From assembly GCA_002690805.1 (NCBI GenBank), contig NZFW01000017.1:958-64957 (forward strand): a stretch of DNA of 64,000 nucleotides, read 5' to 3'. How positions within the stretch are numbered: the first letter of the stretch is position 1; each line of letters begins with the position of its first letter. Of this stretch, positions 54,091 to 62,378 are shown in pieces. Source of the stretch: Flavobacteriaceae bacterium. Lineage in GTDB: Bacteria > Bacteroidota > Bacteroidia > Flavobacteriales > Flavobacteriaceae. Under the pieces are notes generated by a model, which made no database searches, was not told the DNA's origin, and saw nothing but the letters and a program-made list of their open reading frames with translations. Position numbers and translations under genes: made by a program.

Positions 54091-54795
54091 ATGAGTAACA
54101 AGATATTATATTTAATAATTTTCCAATCAATTGTAAGTTGGTCTCAATCTACAGAAATTGAAAAATCATTATTTGTAGTCGGGGATGACTCAATCCCAAA
54201 TTCATCAATAAACCTAAAGGAAGTGGTTGTTTATCAACCACTTATATTTGAATCCTATGACTCTGCAAAAAGTTATGCAATACTAAGAAATAGAACCTAT
54301 AAAGTTTATCCGTACGCTAAGTTGGCAAGTGATCGCTTGCAGATATTAAACAGAAGACTTAAAAATATTGAGGGTAAAAGAAAAAAAAGAAAATATTTAA
54401 AACGTTTAGAAAAATTTATATACGAAGAATTTGAGCAAGATTTAAAAAAACTCTCACGCTCACAAGGTAAAATATTAATCAAGTTAGTTCATAGACAAAC
54501 AGGTGAGACAACCCATAGTTTAATTAAAGCTTTAAGAAATGGGTGGAGAGCAACGATATATCAAGCAACTGCTTCTTTTTTTAAACTTTCACTCAAGGAG
54601 ACTTATGATCCAAAAAATAATTATCAAGATTATTTAATCGAAGATATTTTATTAAGAGCATTTTCTTCAGAGAAATTAGTTGAACAAAAAACAGCCTTAG
54701 AATACGACTTAAATCAGCTTTATTATTTGTGGAAAGAAAAAATGAAAAAGCCTAAAAATGTGCCAGGGCAAGTGAAATATAGATTAATAAATTAA
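54091..54795 (+). CDS. DUF4294 domain-containing protein
   Basis: 234 aa with a signal peptide; the KVYPYAKLA...QGKILIKLVHRQTGETTHSLIKALRNGW core matches my memory of DUF4294. Confidence 0.55.
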   Translation: MSNKILYLIIFQSIVSWSQSTEIEKSLFVVGDDSIPNSSINLKEVVVYQPLIFESYDSAKSYAILRNRTYKVYPYAKLASDRLQILNRRLKNIEGKRKKRKYLKRLEKFIYEEFEQDLKKLSRSQGKILIKLVHRQTGETTHSLIKALRNGWRATIYQATASFFKLSLKETYDPKNNYQDYLIEDILLRAFSSEKLVEQKTALEYDLNQLYYLWKEKMKKPKNVPGQVKYRLIN

Positions 54796-54804
54796 ATTTT
54801 AAAA

Positions 54805-55545
54805 CTATCTCCTTGAATTTAGCTTTGATAGCAACCTTAGGATTTCTAGATAAAGCCAAATTAAAGTTACTAATAGTCCAAATGCACCATACCACTCCAT
54901 GTACTTTGGGGCTTTTTTCTCAGCAGCTTCCTCAATAAAGTCAAAATCTAATACTAGATTTAGCGACGCAACGACAACAATTACTATACTAAAACCAATA
55001 CTCATTAAAGATGCATTAGTCGGATCCATGACCCCCATGCTTAATCCAAAAAAACTCATTATGAAGTTAGCGACATAAATTAGTGCTATTCCACCTGTAG
55101 CAGCTACAACTCCTAACTTGAAGTTTTCTGTTGCCTTTACTAACCCAGATTTATAAGCCATTAGTAGTGATAATAATATTCCAACAGTCAGATAGATTGC
55201 ATTTGTAACGATCCCATCGTAAACACTATTATACATAAAAGATATTCCTCCTAATAAACCTCCTTCCAAAATAGAATATATGGGAACTGTGATTGGAGCC
55301 CATTCTTTTTTAAAAATTGTAATTAATGCAAAAACAAATCCCCCTAATCCACAGAAAATTAATATTGTGGGATTCACTACTGAAAAAGTAAAGTATCCAG
55401 TCCCAGCTAATAAGACTAGACTAATAGCTGTTTTATTTACAGTACCGTCTATAGTCATTGTTTCAGAAGTTAAACTTCTGGAGTTATTAAAGGAGTCTTT
55501 GTTTAACACTGGATTGCCTGATCTAAATGAAAGATGTCTACTCAT
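54805..55545 (-). CDS. Bax inhibitor-1/YccA family membrane protein
   Basis: 246 aa with about 7 TM helices, an N-terminal SGNPVL motif and a charged C-terminus typical of the BI-1 family. Confidence 0.7.
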   Translation of the reverse strand: MSRHLSFRSGNPVLNKDSFNNSRSLTSETMTIDGTVNKTAISLVLLAGTGYFTFSVVNPTILIFCGLGGFVFALITIFKKEWAPITVPIYSILEGGLLGGISFMYNSVYDGIVTNAIYLTVGILLSLLMAYKSGLVKATENFKLGVVAATGGIALIYVANFIMSFFGLSMGVMDPTNASLMSIGFSIVIVVVASLNLVLDFDFIEEAAEKKAPKYMEWYGAFGLLVTLIWLYLEILRLLSKLNSRR

Positions 55546-55560
55546 GATTTAAATTTAAAA

Positions 55561-55929
55561 TTAAGATTTGAAAGCATTTATTATAAATATTAACCAACCA
55601 ATAATTAAAAGTGATCCTCCAATTGGAGTTATTGGACCTAACCATTTTAAATTCAATTTGATTATTGATTGAATTGATAAAAGAAATATACTGAAGGAAA
55701 AAATAAGTGTTCCACTTACAAAAAGCCTGTAAACCCATTTTTTTCCTTCAATTGGAATTACTGAAAGAAATAATAATGCTAAGCCATGATACATTAGATA
55801 ACGAACTCCAACTTCAAAAGATTGCAGAGCTGAATCATTTAGGAGATTTTTTAATGAATGACTGGCAAAAGCACCAAGAATGACTGATAATAGAGCAAAA
55901 AGCCCACCAAAAATTCTAATTTTTTCCAT
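55561..55929 (-). CDS. DUF423 (YgdD/TMEM256) family membrane protein
   Basis: 122 aa with 4 TM helices and the LGAFASH motif. Confidence 0.7.
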   Translation of the reverse strand: MEKIRIFGGLFALLSVILGAFASHSLKNLLNDSALQSFEVGVRYLMYHGLALLFLSVIPIEGKKWVYRLFVSGTLIFSFSIFLLSIQSIIKLNLKWLGPITPIGGSLLIIGWLIFIINAFKS

Positions 55930-55949
55930 AATGATTAAATTAGAAGTAA

Positions 55950-56450
55950 TTACTCATTCATACCTAAATTATATGCTGTGGGGTCAAAGGCATTATACAT
56001 TTCGAAGACTTTATCATCTTTCCATCTAAACCATGCATAACCTTTTACAATCAGATCCTCCTGTGTTTTTATATTTCTTCCATGCCAAACATACCAATAG
56101 TTTGTATAAACTTCTCCATCATCATAATGCATGGTATATGTATCTGTATCCATATGGTGAATATTTTCATAGTACTTGAAACCTTCTGAAAACCCGGCCA
56201 CTAGCTCATCAAATGTTAGTACAGCATCATTAACCATAATTTTAGCATCTTCGGTAAAAAGATCTGATACACTTGCTAAATCATTTTGCATATATGCTTT
56301 TGAAAAACTTTGGGCTGCTAGTGATTTCGCATCTCCTTTTTCAATAGTACCAAAATGATTTTTGGATTTATTTAAAGTTTTTAGATCTTGTTTGTTTTCT
56401 CCACAACTTAGAGTAGAAAAAAGACAAAGAATTATAAATAATTTTTTCAT
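55950..56450 (-). CDS. lipoprotein, NTF2/SnoaL-like fold (tentative)
   Basis: 166 aa with the lipoprotein signal LFSTLSC. Size and aromatic-rich C-terminal half suggest an NTF2-like cone. No motif-level proof. Confidence 0.45.
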   Translation of the reverse strand: MKKLFIILCLFSTLSCGENKQDLKTLNKSKNHFGTIEKGDAKSLAAQSFSKAYMQNDLASVSDLFTEDAKIMVNDAVLTFDELVAGFSEGFKYYENIHHMDTDTYTMHYDDGEVYTNYWYVWHGRNIKTQEDLIVKGYAWFRWKDDKVFEMYNAFDPTAYNLGMNE

Positions 56451-56522
56451 GAATAATAATTTTTATTTGAAATCAAATTTATGACTTATAATTGTCTATT
56501 GAAATTTATAATTATAAAAATT

Positions 56523-57458
56523 ATGAAAAAAATAGGCTTAGTTATTTTATTTTTGATATTATTTCTAAAAATGCAAGGACAAAGTGTATCTTTTTATGAG
56601 AAAAATGATGAAAGTTTTGCAGATGTTAAAATCAGTGAAAATTTAATTTTTACTTGTAGAGTAGGGGGACTTAAAAACAATGGTGAGACTGTTGTTTTAC
56701 TTCATGGTTTCCCAGAAACCTCTCATATGTGGAAAGGTTTAATTAAATTACTGAGTCAAAATGGTTTTAAGGTTATAGCACCTGATCAAAGAGGCTACAG
56801 TAGCGGTGCTAGACCGAAAAGAATTGAAGATTATAAAATTGGAATGCTTTCCAAGGATGTAATCGATATTGTCAATGCATTTGGATCAGAGAAATTTCAT
56901 CTTGTTGGGCATGATTGGGGTGCCGCTGTAGGATGGGCACTAAGTGCATTTCATAGCGATAAAATAATCAGCTATACAGCACTTTCAGTTCCTCATTTAG
57001 ACTCCTTTGGTAACGCAATAAAAAATGATAAAGTGCAGAAGAAGAAAAGTTATTACATGGATCTTTTTAAAATCCAGTACTTACCTGAGTTTTATTTTAA
57101 AATATTTAATTATAGATATTTGAGAAAATTATGGACAAGTAGTAACCAAAATGAAATTGATAGTTATATTGAAGTTTTTAGTCAAGATAATGCATTAAAA
57201 AGTGCTTTAAACTGGTATAGGGCAACAAACTTAGAAGGTTCTAAACAAATTGGAGACATATTTGTTCCGACATTAATGATATATGGAACAAATGATATGG
57301 CAATTGGTATACAAGGAGTTGATGAAACTGAAAAGTACATGAAGTCTTTTTATAGTTTAAAAAAAATTAATGCCTCTCATTGGTTAATACAGGAATCATT
57401 TGATTTCGTTTCTAACGAAATCTTAAATCATTTGAAAAAATTTAAATTTATTAAATAG
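56523..57458 (+). CDS. alpha/beta hydrolase (epoxide hydrolase/haloalkane dehalogenase-like)
   Basis: HGFPETSHMW oxyanion motif and the GHDWGA nucleophile elbow (Asp nucleophile type). ATG 56523 gives a signal peptide MKKIGLVILFLILFLKMQG. Confidence 0.8.
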   Translation: MKKIGLVILFLILFLKMQGQSVSFYEKNDESFADVKISENLIFTCRVGGLKNNGETVVLLHGFPETSHMWKGLIKLLSQNGFKVIAPDQRGYSSGARPKRIEDYKIGMLSKDVIDIVNAFGSEKFHLVGHDWGAAVGWALSAFHSDKIISYTALSVPHLDSFGNAIKNDKVQKKKSYYMDLFKIQYLPEFYFKIFNYRYLRKLWTSSNQNEIDSYIEVFSQDNALKSALNWYRATNLEGSKQIGDIFVPTLMIYGTNDMAIGIQGVDETEKYMKSFYSLKKINASHWLIQESFDFVSNEILNHLKKFKFIK

Positions 57459-58010
57459 ATGTCTTTAACTCCATCAAGTATGCTCCCAATAGGAACAATT
57501 GCCCCTAATTTTACTCTGCCTTGCGTTACTACTAATTCTTATGTGTCATTAAATGATAATATAGGTAGATTTGGTACAGTTATTATGTTTATATGCAATC
57601 ATTGCCCATATGTCAAACATGTTAACTCAACTATTTCAAAAATTTCTAAAAAATATTCTCAGGAAATATCTTTTATAGCAATATCAAGTAACGATATTGT
57701 AAATTATCCAGATGATAGTCCAGAAAATTTAAAAAAACAAGCGATTGATAATCAATTCAATTTTCCTTATCTATATGATAAGACGCAGAATATAGCCAAA
57801 CAATATAATGCAGCGTGTACACCAGACATATATTTATTTGATTCCAAATTAAGTTTAGTTTATAGAGGTCAGCTAGACGATTCAAGACCAGGAAATAATA
57901 TCAAGTGTACTGGAAATGATCTAATATATGCCATTAATTGCATAATTAATGGCAAAATTAATGAGAGAAATCAAAAACCAAGTATTGGCTGTAATATTAA
58001 ATGGAAATAA
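57459..58010 (+). CDS. thioredoxin-fold protein (AhpC/TSA-like, CxxC)
   Basis: 183 aa with the FICNHCPYVKH redox motif and overall thioredoxin-family layout. Confidence 0.65.
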   Translation: MSLTPSSMLPIGTIAPNFTLPCVTTNSYVSLNDNIGRFGTVIMFICNHCPYVKHVNSTISKISKKYSQEISFIAISSNDIVNYPDDSPENLKKQAIDNQFNFPYLYDKTQNIAKQYNAACTPDIYLFDSKLSLVYRGQLDDSRPGNNIKCTGNDLIYAINCIINGKINERNQKPSIGCNIKWK

Positions 58011-58046
58011 GAATGTTCAATTACATATTTATATTAAATTTATTGT

Positions 58047-58286
58047 ATGAATCCCATCGAAAAGTATTTAAGATCTAATCCCAAAATAGCATCAATAATC
58101 TATTTTTCTACCCTAGGATTTATAGTCCTTACAATTTATTCTGATATTATTTCAACTGAACCAATCCTATATATTCCTGATGAGATTGACACTTTGGTAT
58201 TCTTTTTTTTTCTTTATATAACATATATAGCTATCATGATTCAAAAAGATAAAAAAGATAAAAATGATAAAAATGATAAAAAATAA
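58047..58286 (+). CDS. small two-TM protein with repetitive KDKKDKNDKNDKK tail, hypothetical
   Basis: 79 aa with two hydrophobic helices. It sits immediately upstream (22 nt) of the first array paralog. Confidence 0.45.
   Translation: MNPIEKYLRSNPKIASIIYFSTLGFIVLTIYSDIISTEPILYIPDEIDTLVFFFFLYITYIAIMIQKDKKDKNDKNDKK
58248..58283 (+). repeat. 4 x 9-nt in-frame tandem repeat (GATAAAAAW)
   Basis: gataaaaaa gataaaaat gataaaaat gataaaaaa, encoding DKK DKN DKN DKK at the 3' end of the small ORF. Confidence 0.8.
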
Positions 58287-58308
58287 TCAATAAGAATTAA
58301 AAAATTAA

Positions 58309-59355
58309 ATGGCTATTTTAAATAAAATAAATCAATCTTCTAGTCAAAAAAAAAAGAGATTTAATATTAGGTACATTCTCGCAGAAATTTTTTTAATTAC
58401 CGCTGGGATACTTATAGCTCTCGCAATAGATAATTGGAATACTGATAGAGCAGAGCAAAAGATGATAAAAAAGTATCTAATTGAAATGTACAAAGAGTAT
58501 AATAATGAAATTAAAAGACTTCAAGAAAGTAAAAATAATTTAAAGTTATCAACTGAAAGAAATGCAAGAGCCCTTAACATTATAAAAAATTCACAACATG
58601 ATTCAATATCAGTTTTAGAAGAATTATTAATCGGAATAGGAAACCCTGTAAATGTTGAAAATCAATTCCCAATAACAAAAGAGTTTTTAGACCAAAATCT
58701 TCTTTATAAGATTAAGAATGAAAAAATAAAGAATCAAATTAAAAATTTCTCTTTCTATCTTGGATTTAATAATAAAATAAATGAATTTGAAACAAATCAG
58801 TATATCAATACCATAGAGCCGTTTATAAAAGATAACATTAACTACAGTAAAATATGTTGTCCAAATTTAAAATCATTTATGATTCAAGGTGGATTAAAAA
58901 CAAACTTCAAATCATTAATGAAAAATATGGAATTTTGGAATATTTTAAGTTTTAAAAGAGAATGGTTACTTCTTAATTCAGGAGTTATTGATTATACAAT
59001 TTATTTTTTAGAGACTATAATTGAAGAGATTGATAATGAGTTGTTAGAAGAAATAAAATTAGCTGAAATGTCTGATACAGGAAGATTAGGTATTTCAGCA
59101 ATAAAAGAGGTAGAAGGATTTAAACTTACTATAATCGAATCTGGAGGACCGGCATTTAAAGCTGGTTTAAAAAAAGGTGATTTAATTATTATGGTTACTC
59201 AACCCGATGCAGATCCAGTCGATATTAGTGAAATGGACTTTTTTGATGCAATGAAGCTTATTGTTGGACCAATTGGAACAACTGTGGTTCTAACTGTTAA
59301 AAGAACTGATGGAACTATTGAAGATATATCTGTAGTAAGAGATGTTGTTAAATAA
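58309..59355 (+). CDS. DUF6090-like single-pass membrane protein (family A copy 1) with C-terminal PDZ domain
   Basis: 348 aa. The N-terminus MAILNKINQSSSQKKKRFNIRYILAEIFLITAGILIALAIDNWNTDR is shared with four downstream genes. Residues from about 245 onward (GFKLTIIESGGPAFKAGLKKGDLIIMV...GPIGTTVVLTVKRTDGTIEDISVVRDVV) are PDZ-like. Confidence 0.75.
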   Translation: MAILNKINQSSSQKKKRFNIRYILAEIFLITAGILIALAIDNWNTDRAEQKMIKKYLIEMYKEYNNEIKRLQESKNNLKLSTERNARALNIIKNSQHDSISVLEELLIGIGNPVNVENQFPITKEFLDQNLLYKIKNEKIKNQIKNFSFYLGFNNKINEFETNQYINTIEPFIKDNINYSKICCPNLKSFMIQGGLKTNFKSLMKNMEFWNILSFKREWLLLNSGVIDYTIYFLETIIEEIDNELLEEIKLAEMSDTGRLGISAIKEVEGFKLTIIESGGPAFKAGLKKGDLIIMVTQPDADPVDISEMDFFDAMKLIVGPIGTTVVLTVKRTDGTIEDISVVRDVVK

Positions 59356-59365
59356 TATATAAATT

Positions 59366-60058
59366 ATGAAAAAACTTGCTTTAAGATATTCTTTAGAATT
59401 CATAGTGATAGTTTTTGGAATTTCAATTTCTTTTTATTTGGAAAAACAAAATGCTTTATCTTATAAAGAAGATTTGAAAAACGAATCTCTTTCAAAGTTA
59501 AAAGATAATATTAATGCAGAAATTGATGGATTAATATTTGATATAAAAGTTCACAGTAATGCTTCCAAATATGGAGATATTATATATGATAGAGGTGAAG
59601 ATTTATATATGAAAAATAAGGACTCTCTGGGTTTTTATCTTTCATATGTAATTTATGCTACAACAATTTACGTTGATAATAATGAAGAGTATTCTTCGCT
59701 AAAAAATTCTGGATTAATTGAATTAATAGAAAATAGAAATTTAATTAGTTTACTTCAGAATAAATATTCACAACATAGTTATTATAAAGAAGCAGGTAAT
59801 ATGTTTACTGAACTTTATTTTGACAATAATTCTTTAAGAAAATATTTAGATTCTAAAAACAGAAAAAAGCATTGGGGTTTACCAGCATATTCAACTTCAT
59901 TTAAAAGTGATATGAAATATATAAATGATACTGAAATTAATATGATTTCAAGTAAATCAATTCTTCACAAGTTATATTCAAATCTCTTAAAAGAGGCTTT
60001 AAAAACGGATTCTTTGATTTTAAAAGAAATTTCCAAGGAGATATCAATAAATTTATAA
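59366..60058 (+). CDS. DUF6090-like single-pass membrane protein (family B copy 1)
   Basis: 230 aa with the N-terminal anchor LEFIVIVFGISISFYLEKQ. It shares NNEEYSSLKNSGLIELIEN..L..LQNKY with the 60367-61059 gene. Confidence 0.65.
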   Translation: MKKLALRYSLEFIVIVFGISISFYLEKQNALSYKEDLKNESLSKLKDNINAEIDGLIFDIKVHSNASKYGDIIYDRGEDLYMKNKDSLGFYLSYVIYATTIYVDNNEEYSSLKNSGLIELIENRNLISLLQNKYSQHSYYKEAGNMFTELYFDNNSLRKYLDSKNRKKHWGLPAYSTSFKSDMKYINDTEINMISSKSILHKLYSNLLKEALKTDSLILKEISKEISINL

Positions 60059-60310
60059 ATGAAAACAATTCTGTTTGTGATTTTGATAATTTGGGGTATT
60101 CCAAGTTCATATTTTAGAAGTAAGTTTAGAAAAATTATATATCAAACGGATGATTGGAAGATTAATATTAAACCTCTTTTTAAAAAAGAAATTGTAGGAC
60201 TATTGTCTAATATATACCCTAACAACAAGCAATATCTTAAGGCCAGGAAGTATTATGTGATATATTTATTGGTTTATTTTTTTTTATTTCTAGTATATTT
60301 AAAATATTAA
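60059..60310 (+). CDS. small membrane protein (83 aa, TM helices at both ends), hypothetical
   Basis: The ATG directly abuts the TAA of the upstream gene (TAAATG). Hydrophobic N- and C-termini. Confidence 0.45.
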   Translation: MKTILFVILIIWGIPSSYFRSKFRKIIYQTDDWKINIKPLFKKEIVGLLSNIYPNNKQYLKARKYYVIYLLVYFFLFLVYLKY

Positions 60311-60366
60311 ACTTAATTATTTAATTAATTTGAATGATATGTTGTCTTGATGATGAAATTTGTTTT

Positions 60367-61059
60367 TTAGTTGATTTCTTCTAAAATTTTAGATATTAAA
60401 ACCTCATCAGTTTTAGTCAAGTTATTAATTCGTTTTATGTAAAGTGAATGCCACCATCTCTTATCTCTAAGAGCTTGAATAATTCCTGTTGGAAAAGTAT
60501 AATTACCAACATATGATACATCAACTGGGTAGCCCCTAGAATTGGTATTATTGCTTTTCAAAAATATATTTTCATATCTAAATTCTTTTAAAAAAAAGAC
60601 ATACTTATCTATTTCGTCCTCGAGATGCTTCATATACTCATGATCAACATATTTATTTTGCAAACCAATTACAATATCTTCATTATCAATGAACTCTATT
60701 AATCCTGAATTTTGAAGACTTCTATATTCTTCCTGATTGTCATAAAAAGTAGTACTTATAAACATAGCATTTTGAATATAATACCCGATTGAATCTTTGG
60801 GGTAATTTTCAAGAGACTTGTAATTTAATGTTATCCAGTCAATAGCATTAATCGCATCTAAATGTGCATTAGTATTAAAGCTGTAATCTAAATTATCAAC
60901 TTCCAAATTTTTTAAAATTCTATTTAATGATTGAGTTTTTAAATTTTCTTTGTAACCAACCTCACGTTGGTATTCAATTAAAAATGACAATGATAAACCA
61001 AGGGTTATAATTATTAGTTCAATACCATAATAGATTATTTTATTTTTCTTCTTTTTCAT
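60367..61059 (-). CDS. DUF6090-like single-pass membrane protein (family B copy 2)
   Basis: 230 aa with the anchor IELIIITLGLSLSFLIEYQ. It shares YKENLK, DNQEEYRSLQNSGLIEFIDN and LQNKY with family B copy 1. Confidence 0.65.
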   Translation of the reverse strand: MKKKKNKIIYYGIELIIITLGLSLSFLIEYQREVGYKENLKTQSLNRILKNLEVDNLDYSFNTNAHLDAINAIDWITLNYKSLENYPKDSIGYYIQNAMFISTTFYDNQEEYRSLQNSGLIEFIDNEDIVIGLQNKYVDHEYMKHLEDEIDKYVFFLKEFRYENIFLKSNNTNSRGYPVDVSYVGNYTFPTGIIQALRDKRWWHSLYIKRINNLTKTDEVLISKILEEIN

Positions 61060-61226
61060 TTTATAAAGTTTTAAAAATAGATATCTAAAAATTATTAAAA
61101 TAAAATTATTAGAAACCAGTTTTTTTTAATAAAATACTTTTAAAGTTATCACTATTTATAATAATCTAAAGGTCGCATTTGTTTTTTAAAATTTTATATA
61201 TTGTTATTTATTAAAAATTATAAATT

Positions 61227-61547
61227 ATGAAAAAAGGATACTGGTCTGGTCAAGTTATGGAAGTGAAGAATGCCGAAAAATGGAATAAATATCTTGAGAA
61301 ATATACTGCTATTGCTCAAAATGAAGCTCAAAATAACACAGGTAATTATAAGCCCATTGGTATGGGTGTTCCAGCAAAAATTATTCAAGGAGAAAACCTC
61401 ATGTATGCAGCTCTTGTCGAATTTAACAGTCTACAAGATGCTTTAGATTGTTATAATAGCGAAAGTTATCAAGAGGCCCTAAAGGAACTTGGTGAGAATC
61501 CTGAAGACACTGTCATTAGAAATTTATCTATTGTTGAAGGGGTTTAA
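61227..61547 (+). CDS. DUF1330 domain-containing protein
   Basis: 106 aa, soluble. The KGYW N-terminus, the A.LVEF..L..A...Y.S..YQEA core and the size fit DUF1330 (dimeric alpha+beta barrel), from memory. Confidence 0.6.
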   Translation: MKKGYWSGQVMEVKNAEKWNKYLEKYTAIAQNEAQNNTGNYKPIGMGVPAKIIQGENLMYAALVEFNSLQDALDCYNSESYQEALKELGENPEDTVIRNLSIVEGV

Positions 61548-61595
61548 ATTGGATTTTCAATATAGTTAGTTAAACACATTTTTATATAATTTTCA

Positions 61596-62363
61596 ATGGC
61601 TATTTCGAATAAAATTAATGAAGCTTTAAGTCCCACTAATAAAAGATTTAACATAAAGTTTATTCTTGCTGAAGTTTTTTTAATTACAGCAGGGATACTT
61701 ATAGCTCTGGCTATTGATAACTGGAATACAGACAGAGCAGAACAGGAAATGATTGAAAAGTATCTTATTCAAATGCATAAAGAATTTTATAATGAGATAG
61801 ATAGAATTGAAGGTGAAAGAAAACAATTTTATAAATCTTCCTTAGATAAAAACCTAAGAGCATTAAAAATCATAAAAAATAATCAAATTGATTCAATATC
61901 AGTTTTAGAAAATTTGTTAGTTGGAATTAGTAATCCATTAAGTACTAGTGCAAATATTCCTATTACTAAAGAGTTTTTAAAACAAAACTTATTATATAAA
62001 ATCAAAAATGAAAATTTAAAAAATGAGCTTAAAATGTTTCCAACTTATTTAGAAGGGAATGATTATTTAATTGATTTTGAAACTAATCAATATATAAACA
62101 CTATTGAACCTTTTGTTACATCAAATATGAATTATACTCAACTTTTAACATCTTATAGAAAACCTTACATGGTTGATGGAGGACCTAAAACAGATTTTAA
62201 GAGATTGATGAAAGGATATGAGCTTTGGAATATAGTTAGTTATAAAAGGGAGTGGCTTTTGGCTTATTCTGGAGCTCTAGATGGTATTGGTTTTGTATTA
62301 AATAAATTAAAAAAAGAAATTGAAAATGAATTGGGAGATAAGCTTACTATAAAAAATCAATAA
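61596..62363 (+). CDS. DUF6090-like single-pass membrane protein (family A copy 2)
   Basis: 255 aa starting MAISNKINEALSPTNKRFNIKFILAEVFLITAGILIALAIDNWNTDRAEQ. It is the closest relative of copy 1, alignable over its whole length. Confidence 0.75.
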   Translation: MAISNKINEALSPTNKRFNIKFILAEVFLITAGILIALAIDNWNTDRAEQEMIEKYLIQMHKEFYNEIDRIEGERKQFYKSSLDKNLRALKIIKNNQIDSISVLENLLVGISNPLSTSANIPITKEFLKQNLLYKIKNENLKNELKMFPTYLEGNDYLIDFETNQYINTIEPFVTSNMNYTQLLTSYRKPYMVDGGPKTDFKRLMKGYELWNIVSYKREWLLAYSGALDGIGFVLNKLKKEIENELGDKLTIKNQ

Positions 62364-62378
62364 AAACTATATTATAAA

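Noticed and set aside
58346-58355. Homopolymeric A tracts in the 5' parts of array genes as possible slipped-strand phase-variation switches: A10 at 58346-58355 in copy 1, A9 at 62416-62424 and 62527-62535 in copy 3, and A9 at 63372-63380 in copy 4.
   Set aside because: A8-A9 runs are also common in housekeeping genes here (for example 21393-21401 in mltG and several in ettA and coaBC) because of lysine-rich, AT-rich coding. The tracts are therefore not specific to the array. This would only be worth revisiting if population data show length variation.
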